Below are positions 8,917 to 18,596 of a DNA stretch of 54,258 nucleotides, in pieces. The position numbers and the translations under genes were made by a program. The stretch's first letter is position 1. The number at the start of each line of letters is the position of its first letter. Origin of the DNA: Bacteroidota bacterium (GTDB taxonomy: Bacteria > Bacteroidota > Rhodothermia > Rhodothermales > Rubricoccaceae); the NCBI GenBank assembly GCA_039178415.1, contig JBCDFF010000001.1:1-54258 (forward strand), in the 5' to 3' direction. The notes under the pieces were generated by a model, which worked only from the letters and a program-made list of their open reading frames with translations, was not told the origin of the DNA and searched no databases.

Positions 8917-9783
8917 TTAGACGTCGAAGCCCCAGCGCTCGACGGGGAAGCCGAAGGTCTCCTTGAAGCGCTGCATGTCGGAGGCCAGCCAGGCGCGTAG
9001 CTGGCCGACCTCGGCTTCGGTGAGGTCGCGCTTGGCCGGGGTGCCGCGTGCACGGAGCGCAGCCTTGATGTGGGCGCGCAGGCTCTCCGGGAGGAGGTGC
9101 CTGAACCGGTGAAGCCCGGACCGCGTCAGCCGAAGCTCGGCCTCGGACCGGGCCGGCGTGGCGTTCCGTGGCCCAGCGTCGTCGAACCTCGCCGCCGGCA
9201 GGCCGAGCCAGTCCGTGACCGACCGGCAGAGCGCCTCGGGGTCGGCTTTGAGGTCGTCGAAGTCCGCGACGAAGTACCGGTCCCGGTCGGGATAGACAGC
9301 CAGGAATTCGGACAGCTGCCGGTGGTACATCGACACCGAGGCGGCGAGCAGACCAAACAGGTTGGCGTCGCCCCACGCGTAGTTGTTGAGGTGCGCGTAG
9401 TTCAGTTGCGACGCAAACCGGTCGACGGGGTCGCGCACGATGTAGATGAAACGGGGCTCGACGCCGTACGCCTTCATCCGCTGCGGCACGCCGGCTTCTT
9501 CGGGAAACTTAGTGTAGCCGGTCGAGGCTTCGAGGCAGACTGTGTGGTGCGCCGGATCGAAGTCGAAGAGCGACTCGTAGCGCTCGGCCGCGACCCGGTG
9601 GGCCTGGTGGGCCGAGAAGAACTCAGGCTCTTTGGCGCGCGCTGCGCACAGCGCCGGGTGCTGCGCCAGCAGGTCGAAGAGCGACGAGGTCCCGGCTTTC
9701 ATCGCGCCGATGATCATCACGTAGGCATCGGCCGGGATAGAAGACGCGTTTTGCATAAGACCGTACGCAGCATACGATGGCAT
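8917..9783 (-). CDS. Sulfotransferase (PAPS-dependent, Sulfotransfer_1/3-like)
   Basis: 5'-PSB loop IIGAMKAGTSSL and 3'-PB motif IYIVRDPVDRFAS. The ATG at 9781-9783 overlaps the stop of the upstream GT (ATGA). An alternative ATG lies at 9756. Confidence 0.8.
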   Translation of the reverse strand: MPSYAAYGLMQNASSIPADAYVMIIGAMKAGTSSLFDLLAQHPALCAARAKEPEFFSAHQAHRVAAERYESLFDFDPAHHTVCLEASTGYTKFPEEAGVPQRMKAYGVEPRFIYIVRDPVDRFASQLNYAHLNNYAWGDANLFGLLAASVSMYHRQLSEFLAVYPDRDRYFVADFDDLKADPEALCRSVTDWLGLPAARFDDAGPRNATPARSEAELRLTRSGLHRFRHLLPESLRAHIKAALRARGTPAKRDLTEAEVGQLRAWLASDMQRFKETFGFPVERWGFDV

Positions 9784-11021
9784 CAAGTGGGTCGGACGAC
9801 GCAGGCGGGCCGGGAGCCGAGACCGAGCAGCCAGGCGTAGACCGCTGTCATCTCCTCGGCGACGTGCGTCCAGGAGTAGTCTCGTTCGACGAGTGCGCGT
9901 CCCCGCTGCCCCATCGCTGCGCGCTCGTCGTCCGAGCATGCCACCGCCTCGCGGAGCCCGGCGGCCACGCCGTCGGGTCCAATGTCGACCCACCAGCCGC
10001 AGGCGTGGGTTTCCAGGTCTTGCCACGGTGCCCCTCTCGTTGTGAGGACGGGAACGGCGCTGGCGAGGGCCTCGGCCACGACCGTCCCGAAGTTCTCGCT
10101 GTGAGTCGGGAGCACAAAGAAGTCGGCGCTTCGATAGACCGCCCATTTGGCCTCGTCTTCCACCGGACCGAGGAACTGCACGTCGTCCTCCAGGCCAAGC
10201 GAGGGGATCAGGCGTTCGAGTTCGGCGCGGTGGCCTTCGGCGTCGGGGCCGGCGACGACGAGCTCCCAGCCAGCAGGCTGGACCTCGGCCCAGGCCCGGA
10301 AGAGGTCCGGCAGGCCCTTGCCGGAGTGGAGGCGCGAGAGGAACAGCGCCCGGCGCTTCGCCCCGTTTGGCTGGTGCGCCGCGCCTCTCGCCTCAGCAGG
10401 TACGTCCACACCGTTGGGCACCACCGCGATAGGCTGGCGAAAGCCGAGGTTGCGTATGCCTTCCGCTTCGGCCTCCGAGGTGGCGTGAAACAGCGTCACA
10501 GCCTCGAGGTCGCGGTGCTGGTAGAGCGCCCAGGCGACCTTCTTCTTCCCCTGCTTGTGCTGCAGCGCCCACGGCGTGAGCATGCCCCGCGTGCTGAGGA
10601 CGCGCGGAGTGGCTGTTCGCTGCGCGAGCCTGGAGACGAGGTGGTTCGTCGGGAGCCAGATGCCGTGGTCGTGCAGCACGGCGGGTGCGCGCTCCAGTAG
10701 CGCTTCGGTGACCTCGGCAAAAGCAGAGCCGCCCCAGAAGGCCGCCGCCGCGGAGGGCCGCTCGGCGAAGTGGACCGGCACGAGGTCCGGGGGAGGAAGA
10801 ACGGCAGGCCCTTCGTCGGGGCGCAGGCGGGAGGTGACGATCTGCACGTCGGTGCCGCACCGCGCCAGCGCCGCGCACAGCAGCGAGACGCTCCGGCTCG
10901 GCCCGCCCTGGTCGGCCGAGAGGCTGTCCAGGGTGTGAACCGTGTGGCTTGCCACTTCTGCGGCACCACTCCGCCTCGCCGTGCGTATATCTCGATGCTT
11001 CGAACCCTGTGGGTGCATCAT
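9783..11021 (-). CDS. Glycosyltransferase family 4
   Basis: Starts MMHPQGSK, with the ATG overlapping the stop of the Wzy-like gene. GT-B features: HTLDSLSADQGGPSRSV near the N-terminus and FFVLPTHSENFGTVVAEALASAVPVLTT (E-x7-E region). Confidence 0.85.
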   Translation of the reverse strand: MMHPQGSKHRDIRTARRSGAAEVASHTVHTLDSLSADQGGPSRSVSLLCAALARCGTDVQIVTSRLRPDEGPAVLPPPDLVPVHFAERPSAAAAFWGGSAFAEVTEALLERAPAVLHDHGIWLPTNHLVSRLAQRTATPRVLSTRGMLTPWALQHKQGKKKVAWALYQHRDLEAVTLFHATSEAEAEGIRNLGFRQPIAVVPNGVDVPAEARGAAHQPNGAKRRALFLSRLHSGKGLPDLFRAWAEVQPAGWELVVAGPDAEGHRAELERLIPSLGLEDDVQFLGPVEDEAKWAVYRSADFFVLPTHSENFGTVVAEALASAVPVLTTRGAPWQDLETHACGWWVDIGPDGVAAGLREAVACSDDERAAMGQRGRALVERDYSWTHVAEEMTAVYAWLLGLGSRPACVVRPT

Positions 11022-12505
11022 CAGACGCTTACAGGACTCTGCGAGGACTGTACACGCTTGGCATCCCGAAGCCACGAGGTGATGAACGATTCTCCGAAGC
11101 TGAGTAGTAGCGACAACACGAGCAAGTTCATCACCATGAGACCGAACAACTTGACGGTCGCAATCTCCAGTGTGTGAGCGTTGATGAGAACGGCTGTGGC
11201 GAAGGCGTACCCGATGAGTCGATTCCGAGCCCTCGCAAGGAAGAAATAATAGATCAACCCCCACACGAGACCGAGTAGGAAGATGGCACCATACATGAAT
11301 ATGGGGCCGAAATCGATATAGCTCTCCCCCATGTACCCAATGCTGAACGATGTGCCCTCACCGCCGCTGGCAAGCACGAGTCCCGTGTAGGCCATTGTCA
11401 ATTCCGAGTCCGAGGGAAGCACCGGTTTGTTCGGAAAAAGCAAGCGCGGTTGCAAGAAATGCATTATGGAAGATCCCCATAATCGACCCCCTTCATGCTC
11501 TCGCACAGCAGGGACAAAGTCCAGCGTGTGAGCAAAGAAGTCAATGTATGCCAAGCGCTCAAACATAGGAAACATAGCCTCCTCTATATCTTCCAACTTT
11601 AGCTCTGAGACCAGTTGAGCGATCTTGATAAGCGATTCTGATCGAGACACGACGGTCACTTGCCGAGTTTCGTCACCTCCGCTGGCGTATACACGATAAT
11701 CGGCCTTGATGCTTGTCCACACGGCACCGATCAGTCCAAGCGATAGGACCAAGACAATTCCGAGAAGAATGGTTCTGGGCTTAAGTCGGATGTGAACAGT
11801 AAACACTACAATTAAAGCAAAGAAAAAAACATCTTTGAACTCTGCAAAATATCCGAGGCCTGTGACAAATTCCACTCCTATTGCAAGAGCGAAAAGTGTA
11901 TAACGCCTCTTCTGGCTGAGTACGAGGTAGCCCAAAATAAAGAAGAATACCCATTTGATTGCCATTGCGGCAAATAGGGCTTGCGTCAGCCCCGCCAGAC
12001 CCCAAGCGAACGCCCCCAGCATAACCGAGATGCCCGCACCGAACAGGTAGAGCAGAAAGGCCCGTTCCACGGAGAAGGAGGCCGACACCTCAGCCAAATC
12101 AGGGCGCTCGAGTCTGTTGAGCTTCTGGAGTCCTGCTCTCATCCCGAAGGCGAGAACAACGAGACCCACTAGAGTGAGCCAAGCAGCCTTCTCAATGGAG
12201 GCCATAGGAACTAGCTCTTCGAGAGAGACGCCCACAAAGTTGGCCTGGAACGTCCTCGACGTCGCTTGCACCCACTGGAACCCGATCACGAGAAGCAGTA
12301 CGGGCGTCTCACCCGGCCGCCAGAGCAACTTGAAGAATAGCGGCAGAACCAAAATGCTCGCTGCTGTAAGGAGCGGGTTGGGTGCCAGGAGGCCAAGCAC
12401 ACCGGCTACCAAGAAGACAGCCACCAGTGCGGGCGGCAGGTTGGACTCTCGAGACGGTTCAGCCGCCGCGCGCGCCCGCTGGATTCTGGCGCTAGACACT
12501 CGCAT
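11021..12505 (-). CDS. Polytopic membrane protein, O-antigen/EPS polymerase-like (Wzy/O-antigen-ligase-like)
   Basis: More than 10 hydrophobic segments by eye, about 494 aa, with lower GC than its neighbours. Its position inside a glycan locus fits. The start is taken at MRVSSARIQ (ATG 12503-12505). The family call is by topology and context only. Confidence 0.6.
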   Translation of the reverse strand: MRVSSARIQRARAAAEPSRESNLPPALVAVFLVAGVLGLLAPNPLLTAASILVLPLFFKLLWRPGETPVLLLVIGFQWVQATSRTFQANFVGVSLEELVPMASIEKAAWLTLVGLVVLAFGMRAGLQKLNRLERPDLAEVSASFSVERAFLLYLFGAGISVMLGAFAWGLAGLTQALFAAMAIKWVFFFILGYLVLSQKRRYTLFALAIGVEFVTGLGYFAEFKDVFFFALIVVFTVHIRLKPRTILLGIVLVLSLGLIGAVWTSIKADYRVYASGGDETRQVTVVSRSESLIKIAQLVSELKLEDIEEAMFPMFERLAYIDFFAHTLDFVPAVREHEGGRLWGSSIMHFLQPRLLFPNKPVLPSDSELTMAYTGLVLASGGEGTSFSIGYMGESYIDFGPIFMYGAIFLLGLVWGLIYYFFLARARNRLIGYAFATAVLINAHTLEIATVKLFGLMVMNLLVLSLLLSFGESFITSWLRDAKRVQSSQSPVSV

Positions 12506-13682
12506 ACGTCTCCTCCCATGCTCTCGTGAAGGCCTCTGGAGTGATCCCAAGCCTCTCAAGCGAGGCCTCGGCGGCCTTCTTCATACCATCCAGTGAAGTC
12601 TCATCCAAATCCAAGAGACCTTCGATTCCCTCAGCCAGCGAGGCTGCAGTCTTCGCACGACAGATCCACCCGTCTCTTCGGTGAGAAAGCAACTCAGGCA
12701 TCCCACCGGAGGGAAAAACCACAGATGGCACACCCGCCTGTTTCGCTTCCAGTATAACATTGCCCAAAGGCTCTTCGAAGACTGAAGGGGCCACATGAAT
12801 GTCAGAAACTGAAAACAGGTCTTGTACCTCCTCGACGAAGCCAAGGAATTGAATGCGGTCGGACAGGCCAGCCTCTTCCACTCTGCGCATGAGGTCCTCG
12901 GCAAAAGAGTTTTTCCAAGCGTAGTCACCGGCAATGATGAACCGCACATCTTCACGAGTGGAGCACAGACCGAGCGCTGCTTCCACGAGTACGTCCAGTC
13001 CCTTCAGCTTCGACAGCTGCCCCACGTAGAAGACGGTACGGCCCTTGAAGGGCGCGACGGTTGGAAGCACGCTCGGAGATGAGACATGCTGAGGAGGGTA
13101 GCTGTATATGACTTGCAAACTATCCTCGGGTACCCCTACGGCGCAGAGACGCTCGCGGATGTATTTGGAAATAGGCACGAATCGGCTCACACTCGGCACG
13201 ATGAGATAGCGCCAGACGAACCGGAAGAGTGGGCGGTGCTGCCTGGGAGCATCGCCCACGCGGAAAACGATTGGAATACGAAGCGCCCATAGAACAGGAA
13301 GAAGGTTTAGCAAATACCCTTCATTGCCTACATGGATGTGTGTAGGCTGGAACTCCCGTGCAACGCGGAGAAAGTCTTTGCTGCCTCTCATCGCTTGGCG
13401 GAGTCTTCCTCTCCACTGCTTCAGTGTCATCCCTCGGGCGAAGCGCTTGGGATACCTGCCTGTGGTCCATGCCAGGCCTAGTTCGTCCAAGGCTGGTTGG
13501 ATGCTCTCATGACCGTAGCGACGGTGTGTAACGAAGAGTACGCTATGCCCGGCTTCCTTCAGAGCGTAGAGCGCCTGAATGTTGCCTCGCTCCTGACCCC
13601 ACAGCGGAATGTTGCCAAAGATCACCAAAATCCGAAACGGACCTGCGCGCTTTTGTGAGGGAGCTGCGACGTCTGTCTGCAT
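12492..13682 (-). CDS. Glycosyltransferase family 4
   Basis: RILVIFGNIPLWGQERGN at the N-terminus. The C-terminal HVAPSVFEEPLGNVILEAKQAGVPSVVF is a GT1/GT4 E-x7-E region. Confidence 0.85.
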   Translation of the reverse strand: MQTDVAAPSQKRAGPFRILVIFGNIPLWGQERGNIQALYALKEAGHSVLFVTHRRYGHESIQPALDELGLAWTTGRYPKRFARGMTLKQWRGRLRQAMRGSKDFLRVAREFQPTHIHVGNEGYLLNLLPVLWALRIPIVFRVGDAPRQHRPLFRFVWRYLIVPSVSRFVPISKYIRERLCAVGVPEDSLQVIYSYPPQHVSSPSVLPTVAPFKGRTVFYVGQLSKLKGLDVLVEAALGLCSTREDVRFIIAGDYAWKNSFAEDLMRRVEEAGLSDRIQFLGFVEEVQDLFSVSDIHVAPSVFEEPLGNVILEAKQAGVPSVVFPSGGMPELLSHRRDGWICRAKTAASLAEGIEGLLDLDETSLDGMKKAAEASLERLGITPEAFTRAWEETYASV

Positions 13683-13697
13683 CAGGTCGACGGGGCT

Positions 13698-14873
13698 TTA
13701 CGGCTGTTGAGTTGCTGCCATACAGTGAACAGCTTCAAGAGCGCCTTCAGCAGCAGTCCGCAAGGAGTATATCCGCATCTTGCCTGCGACGGCCTCATGT
13801 ACCGCAGCCGTACCATAGCCTGTCAAAGTTCGTTCCAGCATAGTAGCGAGCGCGGCCACGTCTCCCACAGGGAAAGAATAGCCGGTGAGACCGGGCTCAA
13901 TCAGATCGGGCGCACACCCGACAGCGTCAGAGACGACGGCGGACAGGCCGCACGCCATCGCCTCGTTGACGACCAGCCCCCACGTCTCAGTTTCCGAGGG
14001 TAATACCAGGGCGTCGGCCAGCGCGTAGGCTTCAGGCATCTCCGATTGATTAAAGAACCCAAGAAGACTGATGGGTGCGCCAGCGCGCTCGCACGCGGCC
14101 TCGATCTCCGGCCGCATGGGGCCTTCTCCGACCATCACGCCCTGAACTCCAGGCATACGGTGGGACAGACGAGCGAGTGCCTCGACGAAGTCCAGGGGAC
14201 GCTTGACGGGAATGAACTTTCCAACGAACAGAGCGATAGGTCTCTCAGGGTGTAGCGCGTAGCGTTCTCGGAGAGCCGCTCGGTTCCTCCGGGCCTGCTC
14301 AGCCCGTGCAGCGAAGAAGTCATTGTCGACGAAGTGTGGTACAAAGAACATCCGCTCCGGTCGTGCCCCGTAGTGCAGGTAGTACTCTCTTGCCCGCGTC
14401 CCCACAGTCAGATACGCGTCGAACCGCGGGATAAACGCTCGATAGACTACCTCCTTGGCCGCCCGGAGCCACCAGCGGCGCGGAGTATTGAGTTGCGAGT
14501 CGCCCCGGACTATCAGCGGCGTGCCGGTGCGCCAACAGGCGCGCATGGCCTGCCAGAAGCTCCGCGTGTTCCAGCCGTTGACGAGGAAGGCGTCAAAGCG
14601 CTCGTACTCAATGATGCCCGCGATCTCAGGGGTGTCGCATCCTCGAAAGGACTCTGTGCCAGGAGCCTTGGCCACATTGTCGAGGAAGCGGTGCTGGTAG
14701 CCGTCGAGGAGCGGGACATCCCAATCGAACGCGACGCCGAAGCCAGCGTCTGCCTGCCCCTGCGCCGTCTGCTGGTGCGCGAAGTAGACTTGCAGATCTA
14801 GGTGCTCAGCCAGGGCTCGGTAGAGCGGCGCGTGGTACTGAATCGGGTGTGTAGCGAGAATGCCCAAGCGCAT
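13698..14873 (-). CDS. Glycosyltransferase family 4
   Basis: MRLGILATHPIQYHAPLY start (alternative start at 14903). LVLPSETETWGLVVNEAMACGLSAVVSD is an E-x7-E region. Confidence 0.85.
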   Translation of the reverse strand: MRLGILATHPIQYHAPLYRALAEHLDLQVYFAHQQTAQGQADAGFGVAFDWDVPLLDGYQHRFLDNVAKAPGTESFRGCDTPEIAGIIEYERFDAFLVNGWNTRSFWQAMRACWRTGTPLIVRGDSQLNTPRRWWLRAAKEVVYRAFIPRFDAYLTVGTRAREYYLHYGARPERMFFVPHFVDNDFFAARAEQARRNRAALRERYALHPERPIALFVGKFIPVKRPLDFVEALARLSHRMPGVQGVMVGEGPMRPEIEAACERAGAPISLLGFFNQSEMPEAYALADALVLPSETETWGLVVNEAMACGLSAVVSDAVGCAPDLIEPGLTGYSFPVGDVAALATMLERTLTGYGTAAVHEAVAGKMRIYSLRTAAEGALEAVHCMAATQQP

Positions 14874-14912
14874 GGCATGCCGGGTTAACTTGAGGCGCCC
14901 CACAAGTGAGGG

Positions 14913-16202
14913 CTAAGAGGTCCGGCTCCGCTCGAGCGCTTCATCCAGCGCCTCGGCCAGAATCTGCGTCACACTCCGCGCTGAGTAGGTCTCGAACTGA
15001 GCCTGGTCTACATGCCCCGGGTCGAAGCCCTCAGCGAAGTGCTGGAACTCCGTGAAGGTGGGGACGAACGCGTGCCCGATCTTGCCGAGTTCGGCTTCGC
15101 CGTCGAAGCTGATGACCTTGCCCGCTCCAGTTGAGCGGAGGACGGCGCACGCGGTGCTCGCCTCGTGGAGGATGGCGAAGATGGGCTTCTCGGAGAGCAC
15201 GCCCTGGTAGACCTTCGAGGGCGTGTAGTGCGGTTCGGTGCTGCCGAGGATGAACACGGCGTCGGCGGCGTCGAGGTGGGTGAGCACGTCGAGGTAGGGA
15301 ATGCGTGCCGGGTGCTCGGTGACAACGCTGCCCCACAGCCCATACTGCTCGGCCACCGGACGCACCTTGTAGCCCTTCGGGTCGTTCGGCGAGGTGCCGG
15401 TGCCGACGAAGTGGAACCGGACGCTTTCGAAGAGCGACAGGTTCTCTGAGATAGCCTGGAAGACGCGGTGGAGCGGCTCGAACGCGAGCGGGAGCAAGGC
15501 CCCGGCGTAGAGAAACTGGAAGGTGCCCGGTTCCTTGTCGAAGACGTAGAGCGGGGCGTCCAGGTCGTGGGCGCGGCGGTGGTCCTCGGCCTCGCCGCCG
15601 TAGGGCATCGAGGCGGTCACGGCCGTGTGCTGGAGGTGCGGGTTTCGCTCGAGGACGTCCTCGTAGTAGCCTCGCGCGACGCCCGTGATCAGCGACGCAT
15701 GCCTGACGGCCAGCGGTTCGAGCGCGTCGGCGAGGTGACTGCTGAGCCAGTGGCGCGAGAAGAGTTGGTCGGCACCAGGCCACTCGTGGACCCACGGGTC
15801 GATGTAGTCGATCCCGTACGGCGTCCCCCGAAGTTTGTAGACGATCGGTCCGAGCATCGCCGCGTAGAACGAGGGGATCGGGATGTACAGGAAGTCGATC
15901 TGTTCTTCGTCGATGAGTTGAAGCGCGCGCCGGAGCATCTGCCGGAAGCCCCGTATCCCGATGTCGCCGACGACGCGGACCGGAGGCACCGGCATCGCTT
16001 TCACCTGCTCGACCCGCAGACCCTCCGGGACGAGCTTGGCGAGGTTCCAGTCGAGCCTCTCCTCGTAGTAGTCGTGGTGGACCGTCAGCACGACGGGCTC
16101 CCAGCCGAACGCCGGCAGGTGCTGCGAGAAGAGACGCGTCCGGTGCACCGCCGCGAGGTTCGAGGGCGGGAAGTGAGGGGCTACGATGAGGACGCGTTTC
16201 AC
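14913..16202 (-). CDS. GT-B fold glycosyltransferase (group-1-like)
   Basis: GTG start. (M)KRVLIVAPHFPPSNLAAVHRTRLF is a typical GT-B N-terminal beta-alpha unit. The C-terminal half is less canonical. Confidence 0.65.
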   Translation of the reverse strand: MKRVLIVAPHFPPSNLAAVHRTRLFSQHLPAFGWEPVVLTVHHDYYEERLDWNLAKLVPEGLRVEQVKAMPVPPVRVVGDIGIRGFRQMLRRALQLIDEEQIDFLYIPIPSFYAAMLGPIVYKLRGTPYGIDYIDPWVHEWPGADQLFSRHWLSSHLADALEPLAVRHASLITGVARGYYEDVLERNPHLQHTAVTASMPYGGEAEDHRRAHDLDAPLYVFDKEPGTFQFLYAGALLPLAFEPLHRVFQAISENLSLFESVRFHFVGTGTSPNDPKGYKVRPVAEQYGLWGSVVTEHPARIPYLDVLTHLDAADAVFILGSTEPHYTPSKVYQGVLSEKPIFAILHEASTACAVLRSTGAGKVISFDGEAELGKIGHAFVPTFTEFQHFAEGFDPGHVDQAQFETYSARSVTQILAEALDEALERSRTS

Positions 16203-16377
16203 AAAAGGAAAGGATTGCTTAAGACCAGGCGCGCCGCTGTTGTCGCGTGAGAGGCGGGCCCCACGCGGCCTGTGGACGAGCTGCGTCCAGTGTCGGACAT
16301 GCGCTAAAATAGGTAAAGTCAGGTCAAGTCTAAGACGGCGCGACGGTCAATAAGAGGCTAAGCCACCCAGGACGGAC

Positions 16378-17613
16378 TCAGGGGCCGGGCACGGGGCTGA
16401 GGGCCTGCTCGACGGTGCGGACGAGGACCGGGCGCTGCTGCTCCCAGCTAAACCGGCTCTCTGCAGCGCGGAGCGCTGCCGCTTTTGCTGCGGCCAGGCG
16501 CTCGGAGGACGAGAGGAACGAGCCGATGGCCTCGGCCAAGCTCTCCGCGTCGCCGCTGCGGCACAGCGACACGGCGTCCGGTGCCCGCTCGGCGATCTCG
16601 ACCTGGCCCGCCGTGTCGGTCGCTACGACGGCCAGCCCGCCCAGCAGGTAGTGCAGGATTTTGTTGGTGACGGTGAGGTTCCGGCTGGCTGGCTCGGTCT
16701 CCTCCAGGGCGAGCCCGACGTCGTGCTCGGCGATCCGGCTGAGCAGCTCGGCGGGCGAGACGAGATCGTGGGTGAAGAGGCGGTGGCCGGGGGCCGTCGG
16801 AAACCGGTCGTCCAGCCAGATCCGGTCTGCGTCTCCGACGCGGCCCCGGAGGTGGACCGCCACCGGTTGGCTGACGAGCGCGAGCGCGTCGAACAGCACC
16901 GACAGCCCGCGCCCGGGGCCGACGGTCTGGGAGACCCAGTGGAGCGAGGGCAGGGTACGGTCGGGACGGTCTTTGGCGAGGGCGTCCAGGTCCGTCCGCT
17001 CGGCCCAGGGGAACGCGTTGTAGACGACAGCCGGTTTGGGAGCCGCGTAGGTCGCCGCCAGCGCCTCGGCGAGGGCGTGCGAGGTCGTCATCGTGTAGGC
17101 CGCTTCGCGGAGCACGGCCGCCTCGCTGGCGCGGAGTAGCCGGCGAGGCCGCCGCTGCCACTCCGCGAGCTGGTCCTCGGAATGCCAGTCCTCGATGTCG
17201 GCCCCGACCCGGACCCCCTCGCGCAGAAGCTGGGCCACGACGTACACGCCGACTTCCTGGTGCCCGATTGTGAGGTCGGCTTGCTCGCGGCGGGCGGCGG
17301 CGAGCAGGACTCGCACGCCGTAGCCCAGCGACTCGGGGCGCTGGAGTCCGAGCCGGGCCACGGCTTCCGTCGCCGCGCGGCGGACGATCCGGTGCCGGTC
17401 CCGTCCTGCCGCTCCCGGCCGGAGGTCCACGGCGAACCGGTGCTCGAACCCGCCTTGCTGCGCGAGCACCGCGTCCTCTTCGGCGAGGTCCTCGTGCGTG
17501 GCCGGCCCGAGCACGACCGCCCGGTGCCCGGCCTCGCTCAGTGCCGACGCCTCTTTCACCACGCGCGGATTGCGGCACAGGTGCGCGCCGGTCACGATGC
17601 AGACGCGGGCCAT
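16378..17613 (-). CDS. Glycosyltransferase family 4-like
   Basis: Real start MARVCIVTGAHLCRNPRVVKEASALSEAGH (ATG 17611-17613, ATGA overlap with the upstream stop). The longer ORF extension to 18072 overlaps the GT2 gene and is rejected. Confidence 0.75.
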   Translation of the reverse strand: MARVCIVTGAHLCRNPRVVKEASALSEAGHRAVVLGPATHEDLAEEDAVLAQQGGFEHRFAVDLRPGAAGRDRHRIVRRAATEAVARLGLQRPESLGYGVRVLLAAARREQADLTIGHQEVGVYVVAQLLREGVRVGADIEDWHSEDQLAEWQRRPRRLLRASEAAVLREAAYTMTTSHALAEALAATYAAPKPAVVYNAFPWAERTDLDALAKDRPDRTLPSLHWVSQTVGPGRGLSVLFDALALVSQPVAVHLRGRVGDADRIWLDDRFPTAPGHRLFTHDLVSPAELLSRIAEHDVGLALEETEPASRNLTVTNKILHYLLGGLAVVATDTAGQVEIAERAPDAVSLCRSGDAESLAEAIGSFLSSSERLAAAKAAALRAAESRFSWEQQRPVLVRTVEQALSPVPGP

Positions 17614-18593
17614 CAGGAGCGGACCCCCGTCGCGTGCCCGTAGCGCAGCCTGTAGTAAGTCCGCCGGAGCCGCTCGGCCGGCTTCCACCCGATCAGGCTC
17701 CGCAGCCGCTTGATCGCCGGACTTCCGTCCTGCTCCATGTCGCACCCGCCGAAGGCCTCGGCCCGCGCTTCGGCCTGCCGGACGAGGCGCGGCGCGAACG
17801 GATAGGCCCGGAACGCGAACGTCTGCCACAGACAGGCGCAGGCGTGGCGCGCCTCGGGTGTGTCTAGCACGCTGAGCAGGTGCGCCGCGCACAACTCGGT
17901 GGCGTGGAAGAACGAGGCAAAGGTGGCGTGGTCGCGCCGCTTGCTGATGCTCGTGGTGATGCCGGAGCGGTAGTAGCCCTCCGCATCCGGACAGAATGAT
18001 ACCCGGACGGCTCGGGTGAGGACTCGGGTGAAGTATTCGCCGTCCTGATTGAGCCGAAGCGTTTCGTTCCACGGCCCGGCAGCCTCTACGAGGTCACGAG
18101 GCACGAGCCAGGCAAAGGGAGCCATCATCCCGCCGCCCTGCCACGACCGGACCAGCCAGTCCGAGGCCGGGTCGAAGTCCTGCCAGACGGCATCCGGCGT
18201 GAAGGTCGCTGTCGCCAGGTCGTTATTGTAGAACCGCGCCCACGGGCCGGAGGCTACGGTCCCACTCGGCTCGTCGACGAGGCGGCGCATCTGGACCTCG
18301 ACCTTGTCCAGCGCGAGAAGGTCGTCGGCGTCGAGGAACTGGAAGAAGTCGCCCGTGGCGTGGGCGATGGCCACGTTGCGGGCCGCGCATGCCCCCAGGT
18401 TCTGCTGGGTGATGACGCGGACCCCGCGTTCTTCGTAGCGCCGCGCAACAGCCAAGGTGTCGTCCGTGGAGCCGTCGTCCACCACAATGATTTCCGTACT
18501 AGGCCACGTCTGCCTCGCGGCCGAGTCCAGCGTCTCGGCCAGCCAAGGCCCGGCGTTGTACGCCGTGATGAGGATGGAGACGAGAGACGGCAT
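17613..18593 (-). CDS. Glycosyltransferase family 2
   Basis: VSILITAYNAGPWLAETLDSAARQTW...IIVVDDGSTDDT...FLDADD (GT-A DxD signature). Confidence 0.85.
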   Translation of the reverse strand: MPSLVSILITAYNAGPWLAETLDSAARQTWPSTEIIVVDDGSTDDTLAVARRYEERGVRVITQQNLGACAARNVAIAHATGDFFQFLDADDLLALDKVEVQMRRLVDEPSGTVASGPWARFYNNDLATATFTPDAVWQDFDPASDWLVRSWQGGGMMAPFAWLVPRDLVEAAGPWNETLRLNQDGEYFTRVLTRAVRVSFCPDAEGYYRSGITTSISKRRDHATFASFFHATELCAAHLLSVLDTPEARHACACLWQTFAFRAYPFAPRLVRQAEARAEAFGGCDMEQDGSPAIKRLRSLIGWKPAERLRRTYYRLRYGHATGVRS

Positions 18594-18596
18594 CGG

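Noticed and set aside
15031-17578. Long alternative-frame ORFs on the coding strand (15031-15795, 16448-17578, 25975-26823, 3762-4583)
   Set aside because: They run in the same direction as real genes but in a shifted frame. They have extreme Arg/Pro/Gly/Ala content and no motifs, and the in-frame GT or membrane-protein readings explain the DNA.
17614-18072. Upstream extensions of minus-strand ORFs (e.g. 16378-18072, 19677-21779, 20630-21910, 21592-23235, 22527-24446, 26160-27374, 27248-28705, 8917-10146, 9783-11264)
   Set aside because: In every case the extension runs into the preceding, well-supported gene in a different frame and is Arg/Pro/Gly-rich. The conserved N-terminal family motifs begin at the internal ATG that abuts or overlaps the upstream stop.
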